A DNA stretch of 64,000 nucleotides. It comes from Schmidtea nova (taxonomy: Eukaryota). The translations under genes and the position numbers were made by a program. The stretch lies in contig CM097882.1 in the NCBI GenBank assembly GCA_044892505.1, positions 494,078,001 to 494,142,000 on the forward strand, given 5' to 3'. Shown here piece by piece: positions 24,811 through 37,302 of the stretch. The notes beneath the pieces were generated by a model. That model had not been told where the DNA came from. It made no database searches and saw only the letters and a program-made list of their open reading frames with translations. The first letter of the stretch is position 1, and each line of letters begins with the position of its first letter.

Positions 24811-27800
24811 ATTACCCTAATGACAATAGCAATCGTGAATAATGATGACACGATGATTTGATAAAATTAGGAAAAAAATTTTAAAACAACGGCCTATGAC
24901 AATGCTAATAATATTGATAATTCTTTATACTATGAAATTATGAATAATTATGATAATAAATCCGATCGAAATAATAATATTGATAATAATAACTGGAATG
25001 ATGAACATCCCAATCGCAATGACGGTTCCATTACCACATGGTAATGCTGGAGTTGGGAGTAAAAATGAAGATTGCCTTAATTAATCATTTTGTTATATCT
25101 TATTTATCACTATAATAATAATTTTGTCTTATTTATTTAATAATTATTCATTTTATTATTTCATTCATTTATTGCCACGTCTTTTATTTTTAATGATCTT
25201 TTTTATTATTTTATTTTTGTTGTTTTATTTATTTTACTTTTGCCAATGTAGACTTTGTCTGCTATTTACTAATAATGATATTGACGATAATGTGATTCCA
25301 TCATCCTTATATCGCTAAAACGATATTATAACAATTATAATGACAATATTTTAAATTGTATATGGTAATAATAACTGGCCACTTTTAATCGCTGTTCAGA
25401 GGAAGTGTAACCCTAGTTATTGGGAGTTTCTGGTTATTTAGATCTAATTTTTATTCATTTGATATAATATTTATAATGATTAAATTTTTATTCAATATAT
25501 TTTTTTTCATTTGATTTATAGTGATCATTCTCTACGCTGAATACAGTAATAATAGTTGGCAACTTTCAATCGCTGTCTAGGGAAGTATAACCCCAGTGAT
25601 TAAAAGTTGTTAGTTCTTATTTACATTTTAAAATTCAAAATTTTATTTATTCGGTATTTATGTTTTATTTATTTTTTGTTATGGGGTTTGACTGGCGGGC
25701 GCCAATTTAACGCACTGAGACATAATTGCAGTATTTATTTATAAATAATCACATATAATTAATACAATTTTAGTTTATTTTAATCTCCAGCCGCTTAGCT
25801 CCATGTCGATATCTGATAATCGTTTATTCTTTTTCATACACCACACCGTTGATGGTCTGTGTTTCTCCAACGTCGACATTAGATGTTGTAGCTTGCCTTT
25901 TGCGATCCTCCTTCCGTTCCATTGGGCCATATTCTATCGATAATCGAATTCTCGCCGATTTGGTGGCTTCAATCAATTTAACGTTCTCTTCAATTTCTTC
26001 CAAGTACGTTTCAGTTGTCCATTTCAACTTTTGATTCCTCCTTCTGTCCTCGTATCGATTTTCTCCACTTCCATGTTTCTCTCATCTGCGATTATTATCG
26101 TTCTTTCTGAGCTAGGAATATCGGATGTCGATTCCATATTCTTGTAACGAATATTTTCTCGATGACCCTATCTTGGGCATTGATTCGTCATCAATACAAA
26201 GATTTTTGAGTCTTAGGTATTTCTTCTGGTTGGTTGTTGATCATCAATATGACCTTGACGTTGCTATGGCTCACATCAACAACTCAACATACAAAACATT
26301 GAATTAACCATCTTGTTGCCCGTCACAATGTAACGTTGATAATGCAACAAATGGGTGGATATTCGAAATCAGTGAGCGTCGAAAATTTGAAACTATGATC
26401 GATCGAATATCTCCTGGGTCCAAGGGCTACTGATAGAAGGTTTAATGCCCATTTTTGTCCCTTCTTACATGACTTCACTATGAATATTTATTTTAAATCA
26501 GCAAAATAAAATAATTTGATCGATAAAAATTTATTAATTTCTCCTGATCAATCATTATACACGGTATTATGTCAAGACACAATAATTTTCGCGCATTCAT
26601 TTTATTCGCAAGCTCATACTCAAACATATCATCGCAATCTCAATTCAGGGATCTAAATTTCAACCAAAAAAACATATTTTTCGGGGATATTTGATCGCAA
26701 TTATTTTTGTCTAAATAATTATTGATTGCAAGATTTACGATTTCTGTAATTTTTTATATTAAAAACTTTAATAAAAAAAAATTTAATCCCCTATATCTAG
26801 TGTCTATCTTGCTTTATGGATATAATTATAATTTTACTAAAACTTTAATATTTTAATTTTCAAAACTTTGCCAAGGCCTTGACAACGGCAACAGTTATTT
26901 GTCGAAATTTATTAAAGTAAGAACCTTGCATTTTTTCGATATTTAAATTTATGTGTAGATTTTTTAAAATTTTTATGTTAGGGGTCAAATGTTTGTCATT
27001 CCCATATTAGGGTAAAAGACTAATTTTAAGGAAAACTGAAATCTATATCAAACGGAAAGCTAAAATTCCTGGAATATTATTGGATAATTTCTGTTATGGA
27101 AATTGAATTTCCATATTGTAGTTATCGATTTTGGATAACTACTTTTGAAAGAAAACTTTCTCAAGCAACTGAGTTTACTGGTAATTTATATTATTTCTTT
27201 TATACAATAAAACCTCAATGATTTAGGTATTATTATTGACTTATCAAGCTGAGTGAAGTTTCCAGGGTGAAGATTTCTATCAAAACGAAATAGTAAGCCC
27301 TTATAAATCAAATAATCATGCAATTTATAACATGGGTTTTAGTGAAGGAAATTTATTATTCCCACTCGGAGATCAATATGCATATGAGGTACAGAAAATC
27401 TTCTGTGATCGACCTTTGTCGATGGAATGTTCCGTAGCCGTTGGAATTTATTTCCCAATGATTTTTTGAAATTTTTTCCTCCTGAGAAAATGAACAATCT
27501 ACACCGTAGGTACATTCTGTTCGCACCTATGATTACCTTTCGTATTGATTCTGATTTAAAATGTTATTAAATAAATATCTTCTTTTTCTTATTTTGTAAT
27601 TGAATAATTATGGTTATGATTTGTTTATGCTCGAGTATCGGTACTCGTTTTCGCTTTTATTATAATAATGGTGGTAACAAAACGATACCGTGGCAGTAAT
27701 ACAATAGGAATCCGCGAATGGAACCGTTTGCATAGGACCACACGAGTCTCACCAGATGCACCCGATTCCAACTAAAATTACCCAATTTCAAGGGGGGTAT

Positions 27801-29225
27801 TAAATCGTAATTAATTGTTATTAAAGATTTATCGTCACAGCTATTTTTATGGAGGTGTTATGCTATAATTTTTAGAATTTAGCTAATAACCATATTAATT
27901 GTAAATTTCTCTACAAAAATTTACGTTTCGAATTTTATAAAATAAAAAATTTCTAATATAATAATAAAATTTTTGACCTGTAAATTTTATAAATCCCAAT
28001 ATAATTTCTTATTTTAAAATCTCTAGGAAAAATTTTTTATTTATAATTTTTATATTATAATTTTTTACATAACATAGTATTTATAAAAGTAAATTTTTAT
28101 TTTTATAATCAAAATCCGAAAATTTTATTCCGTAAAATTTATACAATAATAAAATTTTTATTCACACATTTCTTCAAAATTAAATTATAAAATTTAGCAA
28201 AAATTAATTTCCATATATGGGTTTCTGAAAATAAGGCATATATAAAAATTCAAGTCGATTCTTTTCGAAACTCTCCAATATTCAAAATTCAATATGCAGT
28301 TCCATCATCGAGCATAACTCTTTAAGCATTATTTAGTATGACATTTTTACTGCTCTTTGCGCGGTCATTAATGATCTCTTATATGTTAACTTTCTAATCG
28401 ATTTGCGAATTCTTTCATAGCGAAGTAAAGACAACCTTTATGGAGTGAAGGCGAATAATGAGCTGGAAATTTCGTGCTGGAAATTTTTTTGTAGAAAAGA
28501 CATTGATGGATGAATTAACGTTGATATTTTGTTGAAGTATCAGTTTTTAATTGCACTGTACGTTGTAAAATATAGTTCAAATAAAAATACATTAATATAG
28601 ATTGATTATCATTAATATGAAAAACCTTGCTCTTGGCCAAGCCACTGTTCCTCAATATAAGATGAAGTGATCATGGATGTTTAGGCTTCACCTGAGGCGG
28701 AAAAATGGGCTGGACAGTTACGAACCGAACAGCAATCCACTCAGGCTACTTTCATCAGTACAGCTCGAAGCCGGACTGATGTCAGAATGTAAAGAAGTGG
28801 TTTTAATAAAATACATAAAAAATAGACGTATATATGATAAATAACAATAAAATGATATTAACTACTGAGAACATGTGACGAGATTAAATAAAAATCTGAA
28901 AAGAAAAATTATAATTTTCATAAAAGAATACATAACATATCATATAATAATACATAGACGAAGGTTAAAAATAATTAAAATACCTAGGGTAGCGAGGGCA
29001 TGATCTCGCGGGCCTTTACAATTATGTAACAAAATCAAGTTTCTTAAGAAATTATTCGATTAACGGCTGCAAGTAATCTTCTTCTCGTATTATTCTGGTT
29101 ACAAAGCTTGTTCTCCTTCGGTATTGTACACACATAATAATAATATAACTATATTAAATTTCATTTAAAAAACAAAATAATATAAAAACTAAAATTGTTC
29201 ATACTAAAAATTTATTAAATCACAA

Positions 29226-29780
29226 TTATGCGTATCGTGCATTATCAACTCTCCAAATTGGAGTAACCACTTCCTTTTTTATCAATCTTATATCCTTGAA
29301 TAATTATCTTAACGAACCAGTGTTCTTGATCCACGAATTCAATAGTTTGAAAAGCATCATAGAACCGAGTTTTTTTTGTTATTGATGTACATCTTTTCTT
29401 TAATAGTAATTCACATTGATCTTTGAAAATAATTTATTTAGTGCCATAATATTTTCTTTATCGATAATTACAGCTAGACTATCATACATAGACTTTGTCA
29501 ATTTTACTGAATAAGATAATCGAAACGGAATTTCTTGAACCAAAAAATAAATTCGGCTATCATAGTACATCTGGACTGGTTTTACCTCAGTCGGGAATAT
29601 TTTTTCTTCGCTGATATAAAATTTTGTTTTCGTGATTGCATTTTATAGGTTGTGACAATATCTTAAAATTGTCTTTGTATTTATACTGATTACTGTATGT
29701 AATTATCCAATCATAATCATACATTTGTATTGCACACGTTATGCATGTCTTTGTTATGTATTTGTTGTATGCAAGCATGT
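29226..29780 (-). pseudogene. Decayed ORF-X, copy A (Polinton-like remnant, unknown function)
   Basis: CAIQMYDYDW..NQYKYKD...WFVKIIIQGYKID / KEVVTPIWRVDNARYA* (one frameshift). Homologous to 35135-39050 and 56626-57230. Confidence 0.6.
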
Positions 29781-29861
29781 TTTATTTAATTATATTTTTT
29801 TTTAAATATTCATTTTAATTTACTTATATAACCTCTATTTATTTTTTTAATTATTTACTTG

Positions 29862-29863
<2 letters not shown>

Positions 29864-29892
<29 letters not shown>
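29864..29892. repeat. (TA)n microsatellite at the insertion site of copy 3
   Basis: A TA run, then TGTG, then TGTTGGGCC. Confidence 0.85.
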
Positions 29893-29895
<3 letters not shown>

Positions 29896-31160
29896 TGGGC
29901 CAGCTAAACAGAGAAAAGTTAAATAAACCTATAATAATTAAAACAAAAAGAGAAAATGTAAGATAAGAAAGGGGAATATTAGATTTAAAAGAAAAGGGTA
30001 ATATAAATAAAATATAGATGAATTACTGGTAAATTATAAATAAAAATAGATAAATTGAGGAGACTTCCAAAATTAACCGGCATAAGAGACACCTAAAAAC
30101 AAATAAAATGTAAATATTAATAATTAAAACAAAATAAAAGTACTTTTTATTAAATAATTGTTCTGAAAAGCCGGACCACCTAGAAAGAATCGAATCTAAA
30201 AAATAAAAATTAATTAAGTAAACAAAATAATAATTGGACCTACGGTATAGACAATCAAACCTGATTGGTCAAGCTAGACCAGACAGATCAGTATATATAC
30301 TGATCATAAATTCAGTCAAATAGAAGATAAGAATAACAAGTTTTAGACAACAGACTAGTATTGACACAAACTGAGACATTTAGATCAATTGCGAATTTTA
30401 CATTGAAACCTATACATTGTCACATTTCAACGGAACTTGGACCCAATCACCAGTTTTCGGATCAATAATCTTGAGCAATTTTTAGTTTGATTTATGTATA
30501 TGCTATTCATGATTTTGTCATAATAATTACATTTGTCATATGAATTATATTTCGTATTAATAATTTTGTTTTCTTAATCTTTATCATACAATTTTATATG
30601 CTAATTTTGTGGTGTTAATGAATTGAATTTTAGAACTTAAATTATGAAATTTAGTGCACCGACTGGGAGCTATAGGTTCCCAGGGTGTCAGTCCGCGTCG
30701 TGGGGCTTAGAGGCTCCACACACGGTAGAGAAATCAATAAAAATAAATTAAAATCTACAGGATTGCACATGGGACACAAAGAATCGAGGCAAACATTTCC
30801 GTTGCGGATAGCAGTGAGTAGGCGAGGGCACTGATTTGAATGAAATGTGGGGAACCAGAATAGACCCGAGAAGCGTTATACGTTAACAAATTTAAATCCG
30901 AGGCTGTTTTTATAGGTACATTAACCCTTCTGTATTATAACCCGACTACAAATAGTAAATTTTCAGCGATGAGAGCCGACAAATAAGCATAATTAAATTA
31001 ATGAAAATATATGTTATTTTCGACTTAATTTCCTCGTCATCAAAAGTGACCTAGTACCTAAGGGGTATAAGTGAAATTAAAATTAAACGAGCGAGGAGAG
31101 ATAATATTAAATTTAACTAATCTACTGTTATAAATGATAAATTTATGATCATCCAGAAAA

Positions 31161-31685
31161 ATGACAAATCGGAAGTTACAAAACAGAAAACGGAGAGTAG
31201 CCAGGACCGAGAATCAGTGGGGCTGGAAAAATGGACATCTAAAGCGGAACCGAGTCCGGGTCAGTCCGCTAAAGCCCGCTCCGTTCGAGATTATTCAGCA
31301 GGTTCACCAGAAAATGTGGGCCTGGAGAAGGGAATTAGAGACGACATGCCCATTCACGGTATGGGATCACCCACGTCATCACGTGTGGTACCAAGGATGT
31401 GCCAACTGGCCCATAATTCCGTGTGAAGAATTTGAGAAATGGCACGCAGAATGGTTTATCCTAATGTTAGACGAACGTGGTTTCCCGACCTTCGTCATCT
31501 ACTGGGGTTACATTCCGGCCTCAACGTTCAGAGAACTTGGAATCGTGTTCAATATCGCGATTCGACCACTCCGGGAAGCCGAAAAAGAAGGCCTGAAGAA
31601 AGCTGAAAATGTCACTACCGACATTAATACCAATCTACAAATCCGAACCATATTCTTATATCGGGGAAAGATGTCTGACGAATAA
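31161..31685 (+). CDS. ORF-A homologue (174 aa)
   Basis: APFEIIQQVHQKMWAWRR / WYQGCANW / WFILMLDERGFPTFVIYWG...FRELG aligns with copy 1 APIPIVRQAHRHLRRWRR / WEGDAEW / WFIQMTDDAGQPRWILCSG...FYGLG. Confidence 0.72.
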   Translation: MTNRKLQNRKRRVARTENQWGWKNGHLKRNRVRVSPLKPAPFEIIQQVHQKMWAWRRELETTCPFTVWDHPRHHVWYQGCANWPIIPCEEFEKWHAEWFILMLDERGFPTFVIYWGYIPASTFRELGIVFNIAIRPLREAEKEGLKKAENVTTDINTNLQIRTIFLYRGKMSDE

Positions 31686-31931
31686 TTTAATTTAATAAAT
31701 TTTTTTAGCAAATGTGTGTTCTTTAAATCATTAGATCAGTAACTAATTACAATAATTTAAAACTTCTGGAAGTAGTAATGAAATAAATTAATCAATTTAT
31801 AAAAACCTAATAATTAATTATATTAGAATTTATGGTGTTCATTTCGTACGTTATCTCTAGTATTTATTTAAATAAAATATAGTCGTCGATATAGTTACCG
31901 GTGAAATAAAACATTATAATATTCAGACCTA

Positions 31932-32519
31932 ATGCATTCTACCGAAAACTCCAAGAAAGTTATAAACCAAGTGCAGGAACGGAAGATGAGGGATCAACAG
32001 CGTCAAATCAAGCGACTCACGGTCGCGAACCAGGAACTAAAAACGCGATGGTTCTCTCCCGGACAGATGAAAAGCCAACTGGTAAAAATGGAGCGGCTAC
32101 AGGAAACGTTAACGGAGACGAAGACGGAGCTCGACGCAGTCCAGAGAGAATTACGTAACTATCTAAACTCAGTGACGAGGAGTTACATAGACACCGAACT
32201 GCGCGCATTAATCCGGCCAATTACAACTCAGCGATGGACCCAGAATAAATACCAGGACATTGCAATTGGAACGGAAGACGGACTTATCACGTCGCTAAAT
32301 TCTACTATGGAAGTTCCTCCCGCATCTCACAACAGCCAAACAGAATCAACAGTTCTCACACCCGTAGGCGGTCAACAACAACGAAGGAACCGATTAGGGT
32401 CACGACAACGACGTCGTCGACGAGAGTTCGCAAGACGGATGAACGCACAGATAGACCACCTAGATACGCTAACGGAGTTGGAGTTAATAAATGAAATTAG
32501 CTTGGATTTTATGAAATAG
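31932..32519 (+). CDS. ORF-B homologue (195 aa, intact)
   Basis: Coiled coil, WFSP, ELRNYL, LIRPIT..RW, RRNRLGSRQRRRRREFARRM..ID.L..LTE. Confidence 0.78.
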   Translation: MHSTENSKKVINQVQERKMRDQQRQIKRLTVANQELKTRWFSPGQMKSQLVKMERLQETLTETKTELDAVQRELRNYLNSVTRSYIDTELRALIRPITTQRWTQNKYQDIAIGTEDGLITSLNSTMEVPPASHNSQTESTVLTPVGGQQQRRNRLGSRQRRRRREFARRMNAQIDHLDTLTELELINEISLDFMK

Positions 32520-33260
32520 CATGTAGATGTTACGATGTAAAATAAAATATTTTCTAATTACAGTGTTTACTGGTTTAATATTATCTTTCATCGTGTAAAT
32601 TTTCCTAAATAAATTAACCCAAAATAAGTAAATTGTTGAAGTAACCAGTTTCCTCCTGAATCTCACAAATGACCGTTCCTGCGAAAAGATAGATTAATTA
32701 CCAGATAAAACAAACTACTGAAAGTAAAATACGAAAGTTATGAGAAAGTGTTTTTTTTTATAATAAGGGCATAGAGAACAAAGATTACTAGTGGGATGAA
32801 TATAAGTAGAATGTAAATGCGTAAGACCTTCTATCGGCAGCAAGGACCCGAAGGAAGATAAATGTGGAGTAGTTCTGGTAGCGGAGGGAATAGTCAAGTA
32901 GGGAATAGTCAAGGGCATACGCGTGTCGACGATAAGTTATGTGGGGCTGTTGGCGGGAAATCCCTAGCAACTACCAATTTACATACGTATATTTTATAAA
33001 CCCATCCACAGTCCCATCATATATATAACTTGGTTAATAAAAACTACTAAAAATTAAAAAAAATATTTAAATGTTTAATAAAAAAAATTACTTAAAATAA
33101 AAACTTATTACAATTAACATAAAAATAACTTAAAATAAAAACTAAAATGAAAAACGTTTATTGAACTAAAATAACTAAACTAAACTGACATTAAACTATA
33201 AAACTGAAACTAAAACTGATTACATTAAAAAAAACTGATTACATTAAACATAAATATTGT

Positions 33261-33650
33261 TTATTGTTGTTCTTCGTCGTTTTCTTCTTCTTGTTGTTCA
33301 TCGTTTTCAACAACTTTGTGACATTCGTCACAATCTGGTGATTCGAGTGATTCATCGCACTGTTTTTCATAGCCAGAGCAATCACATTCGATAATTGATT
33401 GTTCATCTATCGGCTCCGGAGTTGAGTTGGGCCATGTTTCTTTTTCCATCTCCTCATCCTCCTCGACAATTTACTTCATATGCATTGTCTCAAATTGATT
33501 GAGGGTATTTCGGAGAACCCACACCTGAAATTTGTGGATTCTATCGACACAGTGCCCGCATTGATAGGCGCATAATATATGTTCCGTCATATAGGGCAGT
33601 TCGTTGTTGACATCGGCCTGGTGATCCAGAGCTAATAAATGTCAAAAAGT
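33261..33650 (-). pseudogene. Decayed Cys-containing ORF-Y, copy A (Polinton-like remnant)
   Basis: LDHQADVNNELPYMTEHILCAYQCGHC resembles IDHLLNFNDDLSSYCANIVCAYKC at 39420-39775. Acidic C-terminus. Confidence 0.5.
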
Positions 33651-33933
33651 TAATGTTGAGCTGTTAACGAACGAAAAAGAATTTAAGCAATTGATTTTAC
33701 CTTTTTCAATAAAAGATAATAATGGATTCANNNNNNNNNNNNNNNNNNNNNNNNNNNNNNNNNNNNNNNNNNNNNNNNNNNNNNNNNNNNNNNNNNNNNN
33801 NNNNNNNNNNNNNNNNNNNNNNNNNNNNNNNNNNNNNNNNNNNNNNNNNNNNNNNNNNNNNNNNNNNNNNNNNNNNNNNNNNNNNNNNNNNNTAATAAAA
33901 TTATTTTTTATTTATTTAGACCCACGTCCAGGA

Positions 33934-34890
33934 ATGAACAAAAAAAGAAAATCGTTTTCACTTAAATTTAAAATGCAAATTATCAAAGAGTATAAACCCA
34001 ATATTTCTGGATGTGGTTTTATGGCATTGGCTAAAAAATATAATTAATCGACAGCGACAATCCGAGATTGGGTTAGAGATCAAAAGCAAATTTTTAAATT
34101 ATTGAGTAATAAGGAATATTCAACAAGAGTCTCAAGACGATTGCCGGGTGGCGGCAGAAAAAACGAATTTGATGAACTCGAAGATGAGCTCATCAAATGG
34201 ATTCAGGAAAGAAGCGAGAAAGGTCTTCGTATAAAAGACAAATATATTCGATCTATGGCATTAAATATAAAACAGAAGTATACTTCCGAAAAATATTCGA
34301 ACTTAAAAGTTTCATCTGGCTGGCTTGAAAATTTTAAGCGTCGTCACAAGATGGTTTCGAGATGACAAACTACAACAAGAGTCGTAGCACTGGACAAAAA
34401 TTGTATTTGAGTTTATTCACAAAATACAAAAAATTATATCGGAAAAATAAATTAAACCAGAAAACATTTTAAATATGGACCAAGTTCCGAGATATTTTGA
34501 GGCGGAACCAAAAACCACTATAACTTTGAAAGGAATTCGACATTTTGTGATGCGCAAATCCAGCAGTTCCCACAAAAGATTCATTGCAACATTTACAATC
34601 GCGGCTAATGGAAAAATATTGAAACCGCATTTGCTATTTTCAAAATTGAAAAAAATCCAAAAGTTCAGAATGGGTGTTTGGTTGATGTAAATGACAACGG
34701 AATGTGGAGTTTTGATATATTAAAGAAATACATGGCCAATGTAATTATGAGCAGGCCACAGACGAGTTTCTTTCGTGAACCAGTTTTATTGGTTATTGAT
34801 TCTTATGCGTCGCACTTGAAGTTAACAGCTACAAAACATTATGAGAAATACAACATTTTAATGGAGATCATCCAACTGAAAATGACATGA
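33934..34890 (+). mobile_element. Decayed pogo-like transposase (HTH, CENP-B HTH, DDE_1)
   Basis: KRKSFSLKFKMQII, LPGGGRK..LEDELIKWI, SSGWLENFKRRH, NMDQVP, VLLVIDSYASH; several stops and frameshifts. Confidence 0.85.
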
Positions 34891-35782
34891 TTATTACAAT
34901 CATTAATACAAACATGATTTGTGGTAAATATTTCGAGAACTTAATTTTCAATATAAATCAAAATTTAGTACGATAAAAAATTACTTACCTTACATTCTTT
35001 AATAGTAGATTTAATAATTCTTAAAACAATCACTGCACAGTACAAAAATAAATTATCACTGGTCGCTATATAAAAACTGTTAATTTTAAAAGAAATGCAC
35101 AAGTCACTATTTAAAAGAAACCAAATGAAATAAACTAAACATTTATTAAAATATATTTAAGATTTAAAGCAAATCTAGCGCTATAGATTCTCCAAATTGG
35201 TGACATAACATTCTTGTGATCTACTTTATCCTTGAATTGTAATATAAATAAACCAATTTGAATGGTCTTTATAGTAAATTGATTTAAACACATCATGATA
35301 TCGGCTGTTACGATTGTTAAAGAATACAATTTCATTACTAGTCAAATTTTTATTGACTTTCATCAGAACTTTATTAACAACAACATGCTGGTGCGTTGGT
35401 TAGATGGACAACTGAGATCATTTGGATTTTATACGTTAGGGTGATCTCGCCAACATAAAAACATATCCCCGCTGACACCCATGATGTATCCCTAACTACT
35501 CATCATGTTGGTACTGTGTCAACGTTGTGAAATGACAAGGCAGGTGAGCAACCTCGCGGTTACTATTCCTTTGTTTATCCACGGGTCCACCACTACCGAT
35601 AGAAGGTTTTTGTGGATTTCTTTCGGTCCCTTTATCATGCGCTCCTCTAATTATTCTAGGGTAGACTCAATTTCGCGCTACCTGTAGCACAAAATGAATC
35701 AGTTCGATTTACTTTACCATTATTTTTTCAATCCTTCCATCGACAAGCAAAACAAGTCAACTACTTAAATATACATTTATTT

Positions 35783-36340
35783 TTAATTCAATAACACCGA
35801 AGGATTAATAACGTCCAACAACTGTTTCTCGGTTAGCCCGCTTAATAGATCCACCTCAATACCAAGCCTTTCAGCATACGCCCTACGCTCACGTCGCTTC
35901 TTCGCCCCCAAGCGATTTCGGCGTTTCGTCCGCTTTGACCCTTCTCCCGGTTTCACCATCTCTGGGGTGGTTGTCGAAGTACCGGATTCAATTTCTGTCT
36001 GGGTGCCTGTCGTTGTAACCACGGTATCTATCCATCGGTTGAATGTACTAACTCGCATTAGTGGGCGCAGTTGTTGGGTGATGAATTCCTGGGTGGATGC
36101 CTGTAAATAGTTATGCAGCTTCAATTTTACTGCCGCCGTTTCCCTCGTCTGCTCTTCGGCTATCCGTTCGGCGCGATATCGAGCTTGTAATATAGATTTG
36201 ACCCGTTCCGGGTTAAACCAGGTCGTCTTTACTAAATGGAACTCATCGTTTAACTGACGCAATCGGCTTTCCAACACTTTAATTCGCGATTTATGTTCTC
36301 GGGCTTCGATTTTGTAGTTCCGGGTGCTAGGTTTATCCAT
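35783..36340 (-). CDS. ORF-B (185 aa, intact)
   Basis: Near-identical motifs to the joined copy 1 ORF-B. Confidence 0.8.
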   Translation of the reverse strand: MDKPSTRNYKIEAREHKSRIKVLESRLRQLNDEFHLVKTTWFNPERVKSILQARYRAERIAEEQTRETAAVKLKLHNYLQASTQEFITQQLRPLMRVSTFNRWIDTVVTTTGTQTEIESGTSTTTPEMVKPGEGSKRTKRRNRLGAKKRRERRAYAERLGIEVDLLSGLTEKQLLDVINPSVLLN

Positions 36341-36743
36341 CTAAAGACAAAAGGATTTTATTTATGTCTACATTGTAGTTCGCTACGGGCCCTTCACTTC
36401 CCCTTGTCACTCAGAATACTACCTCGTCACGGTTCTACTTATCCTTTGCTAACAGATGTCCCTTGGCAAAGTACTCCCATCATTCTGATCCTATTCACAT
36501 TCTCACAGACAAACACATTCCCCTTGAACCCATTCACGCAACCCAGTTAGTTACACGCAATCACTGGTTTGCAAACATTACCGTAGTGTCACATTATCGT
36601 ATAGCTCCAATCAACCATATTGAACTCATGCAGACAGAATAAACTCACTCAACCATGCAAACAAATCGATTTCATCAACACGAAGGCTTAATATTATTTA
36701 TTAATCGGCTCACAAATCACTACAAAGTGTCAGTATACTCCGT

Positions 36744-37302
36744 TCAGCAGCATCCATGAAAATCCAGGAGGTCCTGGTCGAGTTGCCGTTCGTCCCGCCC
36801 GGTTCCATCCGGTAGGTATATCTCGGGACATGGATTCCAACATAACCGATTTTTATGGGCGAAGACCTCCCATAGCCTCGCATGATTCTCTTGCGATTGG
36901 GTGTTCATATCCGCATTGCCGGGAACATGTAGGTACGGTCGTCTCTTTCCAGATACCCTACATCTCGGCTGGTCCATAAGAAGGTACCCGAGTCGGTAAA
37001 AATCGGATCCCCGTACGGAGGCATCACTGATTACCCATATTGGTTGATTTTCGGTATCCTCAAGTTGCATTTCCTCGGTCGTGTCCATCCGGGGGTATCG
37101 CCCAGTCGGCGTCGCCTTCCCAACGTATGCGAAGTTTGAAGGATTCAGTTACTGTCCTGGTTGACGGGTCGACATGCCCGCGGATCCACGCTCTTAGGCG
37201 TCGCTCGGCCGATTTTCGTATGTCATTCGGGATGGACGCGGAATCCATTATCTGCCAGCCTCGACGGGTATGGCCCTGTCGTCGTATCCTTTGGGGTTTC
37301 AT
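36744..37302 (-). pseudogene. ORF-A of copy 2, one frameshift
   Basis: Frames 37060-37302 (LRIRWEGDADW) and 36744-37088 (FYRLGYLLMDQPRC, RLWEVFAHKNRLCWNP) match copy 1 ORF-A. Confidence 0.78.

Larger units (their letters stand above)
29893..33019 (+). mobile_element. TG...CA family, copy 3 (diverged; 3127 bp)
   Basis: TGTTGGGCC start, CCCATCA end. Has the promoter module, ORF-A and ORF-B homologues, ACCTTCTATCGG 32826-32837 and stem TAGGGA/TCCCTA. The TSD is ambiguous because it lies in a TA repeat (TGTG vs TATA). Confidence 0.72.

Noticed and set aside
24024-25318. Ile/Asn-rich or N-spanning ORFs (also 2230-2421, 4465-4737, 42106-42336, 43373-43615, 61069-61845)
   Set aside because: Products of microsatellites, AT-rich low complexity or gap translation.
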